Of a DNA stretch of 64,000 nt, positions 39,391 through 49,992 are shown piece after piece; position 1 is the stretch's first letter, and each line of letters opens with the position of its first letter. Under the pieces are notes generated by a model. It was not told the origin of the DNA and searched no databases. It was given only the letters and a program-made list of their open reading frames with translations. The DNA is taken from IMG/VR virus record IMGVR_UViG_3300020471_000004, positions 168,693 through 232,692 of that record; one strand, given 5' to 3'. Both the position numbers and the translations under genes were made by a program.

Positions 39391-42300
39391 TTATTCTTGA
39401 TCGTAGCGAACTGCGAATCTCCCTCTGCTGAACCCTCTAAGTTGAGTTCTGTACAGATACCAAGTTTCGGTCAAACCATCTTCGTAAACGCGAGTTACTT
39501 CGATAGGTCCTGTAGTACTACCGTTGCCTTCTCTATCGCGTTCTGCACCGTCCCAGTTTCCATATAAAGATACAGCACTGTTATTCTCAGGTATATAAGT
39601 AAAACGCGCTCTACCTAAAGATTTAGGGTGTGCAAAATAACCAAACTGATTACTATTAGGATTAACTTCGAATGTACCGGCAGTTCGACTAGTCAAGGTA
39701 CTAAAGTTATCTAGGTAACTGTTGAACGTAGCAGAGTCTGTAATGCCTTCCAAGTAAGCACCGAATATAGGATAGCTAGAATACACTCTAACTTCTCGGG
39801 TTTGTTCAAAGCTAGGGTAATCTTTAGACCTAATAGTTATCTCTATTGTTTTAGACTCGGCAATAGGACTAACCACAAGAGTATTTTCTTCAAGAGATGC
39901 GTCAGACTCGTTGTAATCAAAATAATAAAAACAACTGTCTGATGCGTCCTGTGTATCTTGACCGCTTTGGGTAGTACCTATTAGTGTAGCACCTAGTTCG
40001 TACTCGGCAGCATCAATGATAGCATCTTGTACAGGACTTGATATAATAAGGTCTATGCTTTGCGGAACAAACTGCATAATCAAACTGTACTCAAACTCTC
40101 GGCTTATTGTCTGAGTACCTTCTTGCGCTACAGCCTTCAAAACCATTGCGGTGTTTTGTGTAAGCTTAGGTATTATAAATCCGTCTCGTTCTTGATCGTA
40201 AACTAACCCTACAGGCCCGCTTACTGTATACCACGTTACCATATCTGACGGGTTTGCTACAAGCGTTCCGTCTCTTCTGGTAATAGATACAGTAGGAACA
40301 AATACACTATCTGGGTCATCGTACACATAGGTCTGACCTGTGCGGGATATAACATCAATAGCTTTTGAACTTTCTATTATTACCCTTACACTAGATGCAA
40401 CTGTTTCAACTCTGTCTTGGGAAGCAGCAGGGTTAGAACTATCTACAGCATCGGTACTTCTGGGAAACTCTTCGGTATACACAGCCTTTATTGTTACCAG
40501 CGTGTCTGACTCTAAGGGACTTACCAACAAACCAATTACGTTTCGGTTAGGTTGTGCAAGAGATACTTTACTTGAAGAGGTCTCTAGTGACCATTCTACT
40601 ACCTCTGGGTCATAGAACGTGCCTTGGTCATCTGTTCTTTCTACTTTTGCTCTAAACTGATAGTACAGTCTTTGACTTACAGGGTCTATCTGAGCAAAAC
40701 TATCAGGATTGCCTGGTAGTACAGGAACATCAGGCAAACGTATAACTTTGTTAGCACCTGAGGTGTCATTAGGCAAAGTATTGGTGTTACGTTCAAAACT
40801 TCCATCGTTGGTAATGTTGTTGAGGTACATGCCTACCAGTACTGCATTTGTGCTTTTCATATAAACACTAAGCTGTTCGGTAAACTGGGTTCTAAAATCA
40901 TCATAGTCAGCATAGACTATAAGTTGAGCATTTATGTTGATTCTAGGGTACAGGTAACCTTCGTTATCTATTTCTGCAACTTGGATGTTTTCAAAAACCT
41001 CTGAAAGTTGTTCTTCGGTCAATTCGGCAGCCGTATAGATGCTTAGGTCTGCTTTGGTTGGTAACAGACTTTGGTAGCTGTCATTGGTCAATAGCAGAGC
41101 TTCAAGTACTTCACGCTTGTTGGCTACTTCCACTCTCCAATTATTAGACACCATGTAAGACTCACCACCATCTTCATAGTCTATAACCAGACCATACGAA
41201 AAGTCTAAGGTGTTGTCTGCGTATATTTCACCAGGGCCTTCAATACGACTAGAGTTAATTGTGTTTATTATTTTTAACTCGTCTGCGTTGTTGGTTATAG
41301 TAACTGTTTCTTCCTGTTGGAAGTAACGAGCAGTTACAGTAAAACTTTGTTGCACACCATCTTCCAGCGGACGTGTTTGAATAACGGCTCTCGGGTATTC
41401 TTTACCCCAGTTAGCATCGATAACGTTTCGAACACTCTGTGTCCAGTCAGCCTGAGTTTCTTCTGCTAGGGACTTAAATACTATTTCACCGTCAATAAGT
41501 TTACTGACCTGCTGTTCAGTAAGGGTATTAGAATCTAACCACTCTCGGTCAACTCCAATAAGAATTTCCACAATTCGGTCTAGCGTGTACATACCTTGAG
41601 ACAAGTCAGCTTCTATTTCCTGTCCGTCAAAGCTTGGGCTTATAGTCCAAACAGCTCTAGCTTGCTCTATCTCTCCGTTCTCATAAGTTACCATAGCTGC
41701 AAGCATTACACGGCTAGACTCTGCCATATCAGGTACATAGACAATCTCTAGTTCTGTACTCAGATAGATTTTAGGTGCTACGCTTATGCTCATAGAGTAA
41801 GAAGTAACAGGAACATCTGTAGTATCTAAAGTTTCAGAGTCAAGAACAATTCCTTCCTCTGGCAAGTCAAGGGGGTTGATATAATACACATGGATATTTA
41901 CCAAGCCTGATATGTTACGCAAAGTACTTTCAGAGTCATAAGGCAAGTAATCTATTTGAAACTGTTGGTGCTCTATACCGTCATCTTCGGCTTCAAACAA
42001 GTCTGGTGCTAGTGAAAGAATAACAGGAACGCCTTCAGTATGTTCAAAAGTACCTGTATTTCCGTCACGCACAAAAACACTTAATGTCTCTTGGTTTTGC
42101 TTTAGTTCAATACGGTAAGGAACCAATTGTGTTGTAGAGCTGTCATTCCAGTCTGCGTAGAAACGAACTCGGTTAGTATTACCTTGATTGAGGTTCTGAG
42201 GAGTAACTACTTCTATACGGTCAAGTTCACGGCGCAAAGTATTAACGGTTACTGTCTTGCTGGCGCTAAGGGTAATAACTGATTCGTTATCCTCAGTGTC

Positions 42301-44238
42301 GTAACGATAAACACTAATACGGGCATTGATGTTAACTTGTTCTGAATAAACTCCTAGGTCTTGTGCTACCAACAAACCGTTTTCTATGTTACCAGCCTTG
42401 GCTGTAGCTGTTTGACTACCAAACCAATCTGCTTCCACTACAGTCTGCATACCGTTAGACCAGGTTGCTAGCAGTTGGTAAACAGTTCGGGTATTTTCTA
42501 TTACGGTATCTGGCCCAATGATTTGAATGTCTTCTATCACAAGTCTAGGCTTTTTAAAGTGTACTGCAACAGAGCCTTTTATCATTCTTTCGGATTCAGG
42601 ATCCTGATACACTACCGTAAATTCTGCATCGAAGTCTCGGTATACAATAGGTATATCGAACTCACCTGTTTCTTTTATTGCAGAAGCACTGGTAGAACTT
42701 TCCCATAGGCCTAATTCAAGATCAGTGCTACCTGCTCTCATTTGTGCAGGTACGCTGTACAGTTCTTTGGTAGAACCATCGGTGTAGTCTACCTGTGCTG
42801 TCAAGTAAACTCCTGCCATGCCTTGTATAATATCTTTTTGAGGGTCTAACTCTATCCAGTTTCCGTCAATGTCTTGCTCGAGGATAATTCGTACACGTTT
42901 GGGAATATTGTTGGTTGCAGCAGGAACTAGAGTAACTGCCATAGACTGTGTGCTTTGAGTTCCGTCAACATTTCGGTGTACAACACTTACTGTGGCAGGT
43001 ACTGGTTCAAATATTTCAGTCACATGCAAAACATTTTGGTCAAAGCTGGCTACGTCACTGTCAATATGCCAAGTAATACGGTCAGGGTCACCGAACTCTC
43101 TTACGTTATCATGGCGAGTGATAAGTTTGTAAACGTTCTTTTGGTCCTGTTTAGGATCAACAGGACCTACTATCTGCAAACTATCAGGAATAAAAGGAGT
43201 TCCAATAGGATAAAGCTGTACCGATACTGTACTGGTTTTACCTCTTAGTGTATAGGTAAACTCTATATCTTCTACAAAGTCTATGTCTTTAAACTCTACG
43301 CTTTTGCCGTCAAAGCTTTTTATGTAAGAACCTTGAACGTCAGTAGGGTATTCTGATACTTGTGTCCCATCACTCAAGGTAACCAAAACATGCGCTGGGT
43401 ATTGCCTGAATCCTTGCACCATTGAAGGTATAACAAATCTTTCATCAATAACTACAGGTTCAGATGCATTGACATAGATTTTAGGTTTGATTATGCTAGA
43501 GCCAAACATTTCAATTGTCATCTGTGCAGGTAGCACCAGATAAACAGAACGCACTACTTTTTCAATAGGTGCAAACTGGTAGTATACTTCTATAACTCGC
43601 CATTCTATAAGCGCACGAACAATTCTAGGGTCATCCCTAGATGGATCGATTGTACGGTTTCGGTGACTGTCAATAAGGCTGTCTATTGCGGCTCTTCCTG
43701 CCTCGTTTTGGTCTGAGTACCCTAATGCTTGGCGCAAGTAACTGGTATCTTTGTTTGATATTACCAATTCAAGTGCCTGTTCTAAACCGCGACCGTCAAT
43801 TGATAGATCAACGTGACTAGAAGAGTACCAATCTCCTCCGTCAGGCAAAAGCGTACCATGCTGGTGGTACAAGTCAACATCATCATTGGTGTACAGAACT
43901 TGTTCATCAAAATCTCTGCCTAGCAAAAACTTAATGAATTTAGGATAGTCAGGGTTACCGTCTACTTCCCAGAACTTTATCAACTGGTAAAAAGAACGTG
44001 TAAGTTTTTCACGGTTCTGTTCAAAGAAGTCGTGTGTAAGGTTAAGACCTGCTTGGCGTATAGCTCTTTCGACAAACACGGAGTCAGTATCTTGGTCAAT
44101 GTTTCTTATATTTGCAAATTCTTTTAAAGGATTTCCAATATTTCTATCGAAGACACGCTGAGCAATATCAGCAAAGGTAGACCACAATTCATTTTCTTTT
44201 AATACGTCTACCAATAGGTCTGATCCAGTTTTAGACAT
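39391..44238 (-). CDS. large baseplate wedge protein with Ig-like repeats
   Basis: 1615 aa downstream of gp6-like gene; repeated I.GP..V....Y.L...W modules. Confidence 0.65.
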   Translation of the reverse strand: MSKTGSDLLVDVLKENELWSTFADIAQRVFDRNIGNPLKEFANIRNIDQDTDSVFVERAIRQAGLNLTHDFFEQNREKLTRSFYQLIKFWEVDGNPDYPKFIKFLLGRDFDEQVLYTNDDVDLYHQHGTLLPDGGDWYSSSHVDLSIDGRGLEQALELVISNKDTSYLRQALGYSDQNEAGRAAIDSLIDSHRNRTIDPSRDDPRIVRALIEWRVIEVYYQFAPIEKVVRSVYLVLPAQMTIEMFGSSIIKPKIYVNASEPVVIDERFVIPSMVQGFRQYPAHVLVTLSDGTQVSEYPTDVQGSYIKSFDGKSVEFKDIDFVEDIEFTYTLRGKTSTVSVQLYPIGTPFIPDSLQIVGPVDPKQDQKNVYKLITRHDNVREFGDPDRITWHIDSDVASFDQNVLHVTEIFEPVPATVSVVHRNVDGTQSTQSMAVTLVPAATNNIPKRVRIILEQDIDGNWIELDPQKDIIQGMAGVYLTAQVDYTDGSTKELYSVPAQMRAGSTDLELGLWESSTSASAIKETGEFDIPIVYRDFDAEFTVVYQDPESERMIKGSVAVHFKKPRLVIEDIQIIGPDTVIENTRTVYQLLATWSNGMQTVVEADWFGSQTATAKAGNIENGLLVAQDLGVYSEQVNINARISVYRYDTEDNESVITLSASKTVTVNTLRRELDRIEVVTPQNLNQGNTNRVRFYADWNDSSTTQLVPYRIELKQNQETLSVFVRDGNTGTFEHTEGVPVILSLAPDLFEAEDDGIEHQQFQIDYLPYDSESTLRNISGLVNIHVYYINPLDLPEEGIVLDSETLDTTDVPVTSYSMSISVAPKIYLSTELEIVYVPDMAESSRVMLAAMVTYENGEIEQARAVWTISPSFDGQEIEADLSQGMYTLDRIVEILIGVDREWLDSNTLTEQQVSKLIDGEIVFKSLAEETQADWTQSVRNVIDANWGKEYPRAVIQTRPLEDGVQQSFTVTARYFQQEETVTITNNADELKIINTINSSRIEGPGEIYADNTLDFSYGLVIDYEDGGESYMVSNNWRVEVANKREVLEALLLTNDSYQSLLPTKADLSIYTAAELTEEQLSEVFENIQVAEIDNEGYLYPRININAQLIVYADYDDFRTQFTEQLSVYMKSTNAVLVGMYLNNITNDGSFERNTNTLPNDTSGANKVIRLPDVPVLPGNPDSFAQIDPVSQRLYYQFRAKVERTDDQGTFYDPEVVEWSLETSSSKVSLAQPNRNVIGLLVSPLESDTLVTIKAVYTEEFPRSTDAVDSSNPAASQDRVETVASSVRVIIESSKAIDVISRTGQTYVYDDPDSVFVPTVSITRRDGTLVANPSDMVTWYTVSGPVGLVYDQERDGFIIPKLTQNTAMVLKAVAQEGTQTISREFEYSLIMQFVPQSIDLIISSPVQDAIIDAAEYELGATLIGTTQSGQDTQDASDSCFYYFDYNESDASLEENTLVVSPIAESKTIEITIRSKDYPSFEQTREVRVYSSYPIFGAYLEGITDSATFNSYLDNFSTLTSRTAGTFEVNPNSNQFGYFAHPKSLGRARFTYIPENNSAVSLYGNWDGAERDREGNGSTTGPIEVTRVYEDGLTETWYLYRTQLRGFSRGRFAVRYDQE

Positions 44239-45698
44239 TATCTGCCCTCACGCTCGGTATACTTTAGAACTATGTTAAGCGAATTGAGAGTAACATAGTC
44301 AAGTTTAGATTCAGGTTCAAGGTCGTTTTTAGGAGAAATAACTTCTACGTAGTCTACTCCCTCTCGGCGGCTATCTTGGTCTTGTATGAACTTGCATACG
44401 TCTACCACATCACTTTTACTAAAACGTTTTCCCAACATGCCTGGTTTGCGTTTAAATAAATCAATGATTGCCTGCCTTAGTGTAGCTTTCATTTCTTGTA
44501 GGTTAACCCAAGACTCTACGGATACTTCAACAACTAGGTCAATAAGAATCTTTCTAGGGTTGTAAGTCTGTATTGTGATATGGTTACCTATACGTTCTTG
44601 TGCGTAGGCTACAAAATCATTCCAGTTTGCACTTCTAGGATTAGGATTGTCTCCTCCCCAAGTAGCCGAGTTTGAAGGCAATACACAAACCCGAACAACA
44701 TTTCGCCAACTAGGGTCATTAGGTGCTACATCTCTCTGTGATTGTATCTCGCAATCAGCTACGCCAGGGTATGCCATTATGTTTGCTTTCCAGCTAGAGG
44801 GTCTTACCCAAGTATTCTTAGATTGGTAAATATGAGGTGCATACTTTTTGTAGTAAGAAGCGCTTTTGGGATAAGTACCGCCTGTTATAGATTCTATAGA
44901 AGTTCCTGTAACAAGAGGTTCTGATACAACTGTTGCGCGTGTACCTGTAGTTCCTGTATTGCCGTTCTCACCTTGGGTAACAACGTACTGAACAATCAAT
45001 CGCTCTCTGCTGGTTAGTTGTCTGCCGAAAGTTCCGTCACCAAACAGTAAGCTTGCACGACCGTCACCTGTTGTTGTTTCAAAATACTTGGCATCAGTAC
45101 TGGTTAAATCTGTTAGCGATTCGTCATGCTCCTGCCAAAGAGTATATTCGCCTGTATCTTTGTTCTGGGTATAAACCAACAGGTCGTGAGTTGCTACAAC
45201 AAAGCCTGGTTCATTGAGTTTGAATTCAGGCATAACAAGGTTATAAAGAGCCAAATCAAATTCTTGTCGGCGAACTGTTCCTTCATACAGAACAAATTGT
45301 TTGGTCTCTCTGACCTCTAGTATGATAGCTACAGGGCTATAGAAGCTGCGACCGCTTACATTTATCTGAGCATAAGGGGCAATACTTACTTTTTGTGCTG
45401 AGTTATTTGTAAGGTTAAAAGTAGCCTTTGCGCTTGTGCGGCGATTAAGCTTTACACCTAACATTCGAGTGCAGGCGAATATGCTTGTGTCTCTACGTGC
45501 AGTAGTAAGGAAAGCCTCTAACTGGGCAACGTCAATACCTGTTTGCGCATTAGAGTAAAGCCCTGCCATAACGTCTACCAGAAACGTATTTAGGCTAGAA
45601 GTCTGTTTGTCCTGCCAGGGGTATTCTGAAACAAATTCGTTTTGAATTTCAGTAACTAGATTGTTGAATCCAACAACTGTGTTTGCTAGTGTGGTCAT
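44238..45698 (-). CDS. baseplate wedge protein (T4 gp6 / baseplate J-like)
   Basis: EAFLTTARR, LLFGDGTFG, YVVTQGENGN, GG..P. Confidence 0.85.
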   Translation of the reverse strand: MTTLANTVVGFNNLVTEIQNEFVSEYPWQDKQTSSLNTFLVDVMAGLYSNAQTGIDVAQLEAFLTTARRDTSIFACTRMLGVKLNRRTSAKATFNLTNNSAQKVSIAPYAQINVSGRSFYSPVAIILEVRETKQFVLYEGTVRRQEFDLALYNLVMPEFKLNEPGFVVATHDLLVYTQNKDTGEYTLWQEHDESLTDLTSTDAKYFETTTGDGRASLLFGDGTFGRQLTSRERLIVQYVVTQGENGNTGTTGTRATVVSEPLVTGTSIESITGGTYPKSASYYKKYAPHIYQSKNTWVRPSSWKANIMAYPGVADCEIQSQRDVAPNDPSWRNVVRVCVLPSNSATWGGDNPNPRSANWNDFVAYAQERIGNHITIQTYNPRKILIDLVVEVSVESWVNLQEMKATLRQAIIDLFKRKPGMLGKRFSKSDVVDVCKFIQDQDSRREGVDYVEVISPKNDLEPESKLDYVTLNSLNIVLKYTEREGR

Positions 45699-46195
45699 AG
45701 CTTGCGTAATCCTATTTCTACTTTTTCGTGTACTAGTCCCAAGGACGGAACATCAATATAAATAGCCACATAATACTGACCGTTTGTGTAGTCAGGTTCA
45801 ACCTCTAGGTCTTTCACCACAATGCGGCTGTCATTTCTTTGTGTAATAAGAGCATTTATTAAAGCGCTTCTGATTTCGTTAGAAGTAATTTTATCTAGAG
45901 GCTGGAATAAGAGTCTTTCTATGTCTACACCGAACTCAGGTCTGTACCATCTGCTGCGTAAATTCGTGCCTATGATCATCATTAGGCTTTGAATAACGCT
46001 GTCTTGGTCTCGGACTTGGTCTTGTGCTTTGTTGCCTGCCTGTAGCGATATGTCACTATACTTGTACTGGCGTTGTGCTTGTACAGGCTGAACAACGGAT
46101 GCAAGTGCTTTGGTTTGCGGTGTAGGGTCATTGCTAGATAAATCTACAACACTGTGCTTTTCTGAATAAGAGAGATTTGAAGGGGCGCGTGACAT
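45695..46195 (-). CDS. gp25-like baseplate protein
   Basis: SVIQSLMMIIGT...R.YRPEFG.DI..LLFQP...D.RI. Confidence 0.85.
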   Translation of the reverse strand: MSRAPSNLSYSEKHSVVDLSSNDPTPQTKALASVVQPVQAQRQYKYSDISLQAGNKAQDQVRDQDSVIQSLMMIIGTNLRSRWYRPEFGVDIERLLFQPLDKITSNEIRSALINALITQRNDSRIVVKDLEVEPDYTNGQYYVAIYIDVPSLGLVHEKVEIGLRKL

Positions 46196-46197
46196 TA

Positions 46198-46479
46198 TTA
46201 TCCTGCCTTAACGTTAGTACTGCCTGGTCCTGCTGTGTCTCCGCAAGACAATTTCATACCGGTAGTATGAACACCTTTACCGTTAACTTTGACACTAGAA
46301 CCAGACACTGCTTTTCCTTGGTGACAGCTTCCGCTAAGGCAATGAACTGCGTAACTGTCGCCGTTTCGGACAGCACCCTTGCCGTTAACTTTTACATTGG
46401 TGCTTGCCTGTATACTAGGAACTGGAGGGTAACCATGTCCTACAGATTTATCGCCCAAGCGCATAACTGACTGTCCCAT
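46198..46479 (-). CDS. PAAR-type spike tip protein (T4 gp5.4-like)
   Basis: RLGD..GH, S.NVKVNGK.AVRNGD, GSSSVKVNGK, CGD...GS.NV. Confidence 0.9.
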   Translation of the reverse strand: MGQSVMRLGDKSVGHGYPPVPSIQASTNVKVNGKGAVRNGDSYAVHCLSGSCHQGKAVSGSSVKVNGKGVHTTGMKLSCGDTAGPGSTNVKAG

Positions 46480-46495
46480 AGAAAGTCTCCTGTCT

Positions 46496-46522
46496 AAAAC
46501 TGTAAATATACGTATAAATTAG
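46496..46522. promoter_or_regulatory. divergent promoter region
   Basis: + strand AAAACTGTAAATATAC next to - strand CTAATTT, joined by palindrome TATACGTATA, at the strand switch. Confidence 0.55.
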
Positions 46523-46555
46523 CAAATGCTACCTGATTAAAAAACGAGGTAAACC

Positions 46556-47086
46556 ATGAACCGCCTAGACTTTGAACGCGACTACCCTGCTACGGTGCTT
46601 GATTGCAGATGGTTTGTTAGCGTAGGTAAAATACTTAGTCGTGACCCTTTCTTTGAGGTCCTGCGCAAAGTAAACTCCATTCAAGACGAAAAAGATTCTG
46701 TTGCGTTTGTTCTTAAACCTGCAGGCATTCAGATAGTGATAGACCAACTGGATCCTGTAGCAGCCGAAATTGTGGTAAAGTGTGCTGGTACCGCAGCTAA
46801 TTTTTGGGATAAAGAACAAGAGTTTATTCAAGCTAGAGACCAGTATGAAGAACTGCTAAATAATGAAACAGTCGTTCAAGCAGATGACCTAGCTAAAGTG
46901 TTTAACCGTGCAAATCAAAAGTATTTTGAACGAACAGGTAAATCAGCACTTGTTCTAATAATGCAACAACTACTGGGTTTCGCAAACTACCTAGAGACTT
47001 ACGGTATTAAGTTCGTAGATTGGGACAGCCTAGTACAACAAAACAACCAAGAAGCCTACGTTGAACAGATAAACGTAGACCATTAA
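46556..47086 (+). CDS. hypothetical protein
   Basis: GAGGT SD; first gene of + block. Confidence 0.6.
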   Translation: MNRLDFERDYPATVLDCRWFVSVGKILSRDPFFEVLRKVNSIQDEKDSVAFVLKPAGIQIVIDQLDPVAAEIVVKCAGTAANFWDKEQEFIQARDQYEELLNNETVVQADDLAKVFNRANQKYFERTGKSALVLIMQQLLGFANYLETYGIKFVDWDSLVQQNNQEAYVEQINVDH

Positions 47087-47110
47087 CCATAGCCGAAGTT
47101 TGGAACTATT

Positions 47111-47515
47111 ATGAATTTTCTTTTTATTACAGAGCGTGAAACAACGATTGCTGGCGAAGTCTGCCCTACTCTTTCAGGTGTTGACCTAGAGTCCTTCGAG
47201 ACAGAGATGCCTATTACGGTAAAGCAGCTTAAAGCCGAATACGCACACCCTTTTGATTTGCGACTAGAGCAATTTGAAACGTTCAGTACCTTGTCTTTCC
47301 CACTATTCGGTAGCGATGAAGATTTCGTTAAGTGTTTTGAACAAGTCAAAAAGAACGGTATGATGTTTAGCCATATCTTTCTTGATGTGCGCAATCCTCA
47401 ATACGCTTGGGCTGCCACAGAGTCTTACCGAAAGTGTGTTAATCGTAACGAGCGTGTTTTCAACGCATTTATAAAACACCCTGTATTTCACAACTGGGTA
47501 CCAACAGCAGGATAG
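47111..47515 (+). CDS. hypothetical protein
   Basis: 134-aa ORF. Confidence 0.5.
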   Translation: MNFLFITERETTIAGEVCPTLSGVDLESFETEMPITVKQLKAEYAHPFDLRLEQFETFSTLSFPLFGSDEDFVKCFEQVKKNGMMFSHIFLDVRNPQYAWAATESYRKCVNRNERVFNAFIKHPVFHNWVPTAG

Positions 47516-47640
47516 CTTATGCCTAGTGAAAACTTGTCTCAACAAATGCATGTGACCCGAACCAAAAGCATTTTAGAGAAGCTTGAGGCAGGCGGTCATC
47601 CTAACAAATCTTTACTTATTAACCCTTAAGGAAAAAAACC

Positions 47641-48192
47641 ATGAGCAAAAAAGATATTGCAACAATCGAAGAACGTACTCGCGACCGTGTTCGTGAAGTC
47701 TTTGCAGGTCTTCTTACTGACCAAGAGCTGGACGAGCTGGTAAAGAAAGCATACAATAAGTTCTTTAATGAACCTAGCGAGACTGTGATTATTCAAAAGC
47801 AAGTCAGGGACAGCGGATTCGGACAACCTCACAGAAAAGTTCTTGAAACAACTGGGGTAAAAGCAAGTCCGTTCGAGGTAATATGTTTCGATTTCTTTGC
47901 GCTTGAGGTAAACAAAAAGCTTACCGAGTTGTTCCAAAGTCCAGAAATGCAGGCTTCTATAGAACACCATTGGGTAACAGGTGACTTTGAAGCACAGGGA
48001 GGCAGCAGGTTTCACAACAATGCTACAATAACCCGACTGGGTGATGAGCTACAAAAGCGCAGTGAACAAATGGCAAAGGACAATGCGCACCTTTTCTTCC
48101 AACAGATGTTTGCAAACTACTTGAGCATGTCTCGTAATGAGCTTATCAATGACGTACACAACGTACTTAATGATCCGAACAGGAATTACTGA
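47641..48192 (+). CDS. hypothetical protein
   Basis: TAAGGA SD. Confidence 0.6.
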   Translation: MSKKDIATIEERTRDRVREVFAGLLTDQELDELVKKAYNKFFNEPSETVIIQKQVRDSGFGQPHRKVLETTGVKASPFEVICFDFFALEVNKKLTELFQSPEMQASIEHHWVTGDFEAQGGSRFHNNATITRLGDELQKRSEQMAKDNAHLFFQQMFANYLSMSRNELINDVHNVLNDPNRNY

Positions 48193-48782
48193 TGAGATTA
48201 TACAGAGCGATACCTAGTATGGTAGACGATAAAGTAATGTACCACAACAAGGAAGGACTCTTTTTCGGACATTACCGTAAACTTTGGTTTAAGATAGAAA
48301 CTTCGGATATTGAAATTGACGTACCTGTTAAACCTATCCCTAAGAACAACTGGCCTGTTATCAAAATAGATTCTAGTTGGGACCTAAGCTGTTTTAACGA
48401 AGATGATGTGATGGAAGCAAACATATACCGTTTTCGATGGGCAAATAGCAAAATGGTTCTTACTAAGCCTGATAACTTACAAGAAGTTTCCATTGTAGAC
48501 CTAGAAGGCAAAAATATAGAATCGGATGTTATTGCCTTAATGCGGTATTTCTTTTGCAAAGATAACCTAAGAAACGGATTGCTGTCTTTGTCAGGAACAA
48601 CAATAGCAAAAGGCGGTGTATCTCTTGCACTAAAGCATTATTTAAAAATATTGTCCCAAAGAAAAGAACTTGATGAACCGTATACGTTTGAACACATAGA
48701 ACTTACTTACGGTAAACTAGGTCTAGTTCTACACGTTTGGTTAAATGTACCTAATCCGCAACACTTCTCTATTACGCTATAA
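48192..48782 (+). CDS. hypothetical protein
   Basis: TGATG coupling, followed by terminator. Confidence 0.55.
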   Translation: MRLYRAIPSMVDDKVMYHNKEGLFFGHYRKLWFKIETSDIEIDVPVKPIPKNNWPVIKIDSSWDLSCFNEDDVMEANIYRFRWANSKMVLTKPDNLQEVSIVDLEGKNIESDVIALMRYFFCKDNLRNGLLSLSGTTIAKGGVSLALKHYLKILSQRKELDEPYTFEHIELTYGKLGLVLHVWLNVPNPQHFSITL

Positions 48783-48810
48783 AAAATCGGGGGCTTGTCT
48801 CCCGATTTTT
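48782..48810 (+). terminator. Rho-independent terminator (possibly bidirectional)
   Basis: AAAAATCGGGGG-CTTG-TCTCCCGATTTTT. Confidence 0.75.
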
Positions 48811-49765
48811 GTATCTCCTTCATAACTATAATTTAAAATCAGTAGGAGGGCACTTGGAAATAGAGCACTATCTTAAAGATGAACTAGGTTTCGAACCTCG
48901 ACCTAGCAACAAAAAAGAACCACCTACACTTCCTTTTCTACCTAACGGTCCCTATCAAGAATTTTTAAGAGGCAAGTGGTCAATCAAATTACTTGACCAC
49001 TTTCTTTTAGAAGAAAGAGTTAAAGTCGGAATAATACTACAGGTAACCATCCGAAAAGAGCCTGTAACACTGTTCAAAGGCTTTATAAACAAAAGCGATA
49101 GTGTTAACCAGCTAAAGCGATTGTTGTTAAGCTGTACTGACCTTCTCTCTGTTTCTGAAATAGATTATCCGTGCGAAAGAGTCAATATAAAATATACAGG
49201 ATCAAATTTTCACGAAAGAGGTTTCATACAGCAGTACTATCTGTGGGATTTCGAAGATTTGCTATCTAGTACGGTACCGCCGGGATTCAATGTATTGGTT
49301 CCAGAGGACATACCTGTAGATGAATGTATAGATTTTATAAACAACTATCTTTTGAATATAGGTAGCCCTAGTGTAGGAAAAGAAAATACTGGACGTATTA
49401 GGACTTTTAACAAAAGCTATATATCCCATTTTAACAGTGTCGGCGTAAACGTTTTGGATATTGATTCTCAAGGCAGAATGTTTATACAAGAAGGTCACGT
49501 AAAAGACACTCGGTACGGACTAAAGGACTCAAGGTCTGTTTATATCGTAAGACAAGCCCTTCTTTCGATAAAGGAAAACCGACAACAGGACACTATAAAC
49601 TTTTTTAAAGAAACAGGACTGGTACGAGACATGATCATAGGGCGTACTATTCACGATGATGTACGCATTTCTTTCTTAGGCACAAACGGTTTCGAAAGCA
49701 CAGAAGTAAATGGGCAGTTAGAAAATCTCGTCAGGTACTTTCGGAGAAAATTCGGAAATTTATGA
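48809..49765 (+). CDS. hypothetical protein
   Basis: long ORF; real start probably the TTG after AGGAGG near 48855. Confidence 0.5.
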   Translation: MYLLHNYNLKSVGGHLEIEHYLKDELGFEPRPSNKKEPPTLPFLPNGPYQEFLRGKWSIKLLDHFLLEERVKVGIILQVTIRKEPVTLFKGFINKSDSVNQLKRLLLSCTDLLSVSEIDYPCERVNIKYTGSNFHERGFIQQYYLWDFEDLLSSTVPPGFNVLVPEDIPVDECIDFINNYLLNIGSPSVGKENTGRIRTFNKSYISHFNSVGVNVLDIDSQGRMFIQEGHVKDTRYGLKDSRSVYIVRQALLSIKENRQQDTINFFKETGLVRDMIIGRTIHDDVRISFLGTNGFESTEVNGQLENLVRYFRRKFGNL

Positions 49766-49992
49766 AAACTACTATAGACAGTTGTATTTACCAACAGCTG
49801 GATATAAATACAATAGATGAAACAAAAAGTCTTCAAGAGCTAGGCGCAGATGAACTTGATTGCGTAGAAATAGCTATGCGGATAGAGATTGCGTTTGGTA
49901 TAGATATATTTGACGAGGACTTTGAGCAATTAAAAACTGTAAACGAACTGTATACCTACGTACAGGACTTAATTGAACGTAAGGAAAAATAA
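49762..49992 (+). CDS. acyl carrier protein homolog lacking the phosphopantetheine Ser
   Basis: SLQELGADELDCVEIAMRIEIAFGIDIFDEDFEQLKTV versus AcpP LGADSLDTVELVMALEEEF. Confidence 0.85.
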   Translation: MKTTIDSCIYQQLDINTIDETKSLQELGADELDCVEIAMRIEIAFGIDIFDEDFEQLKTVNELYTYVQDLIERKEK

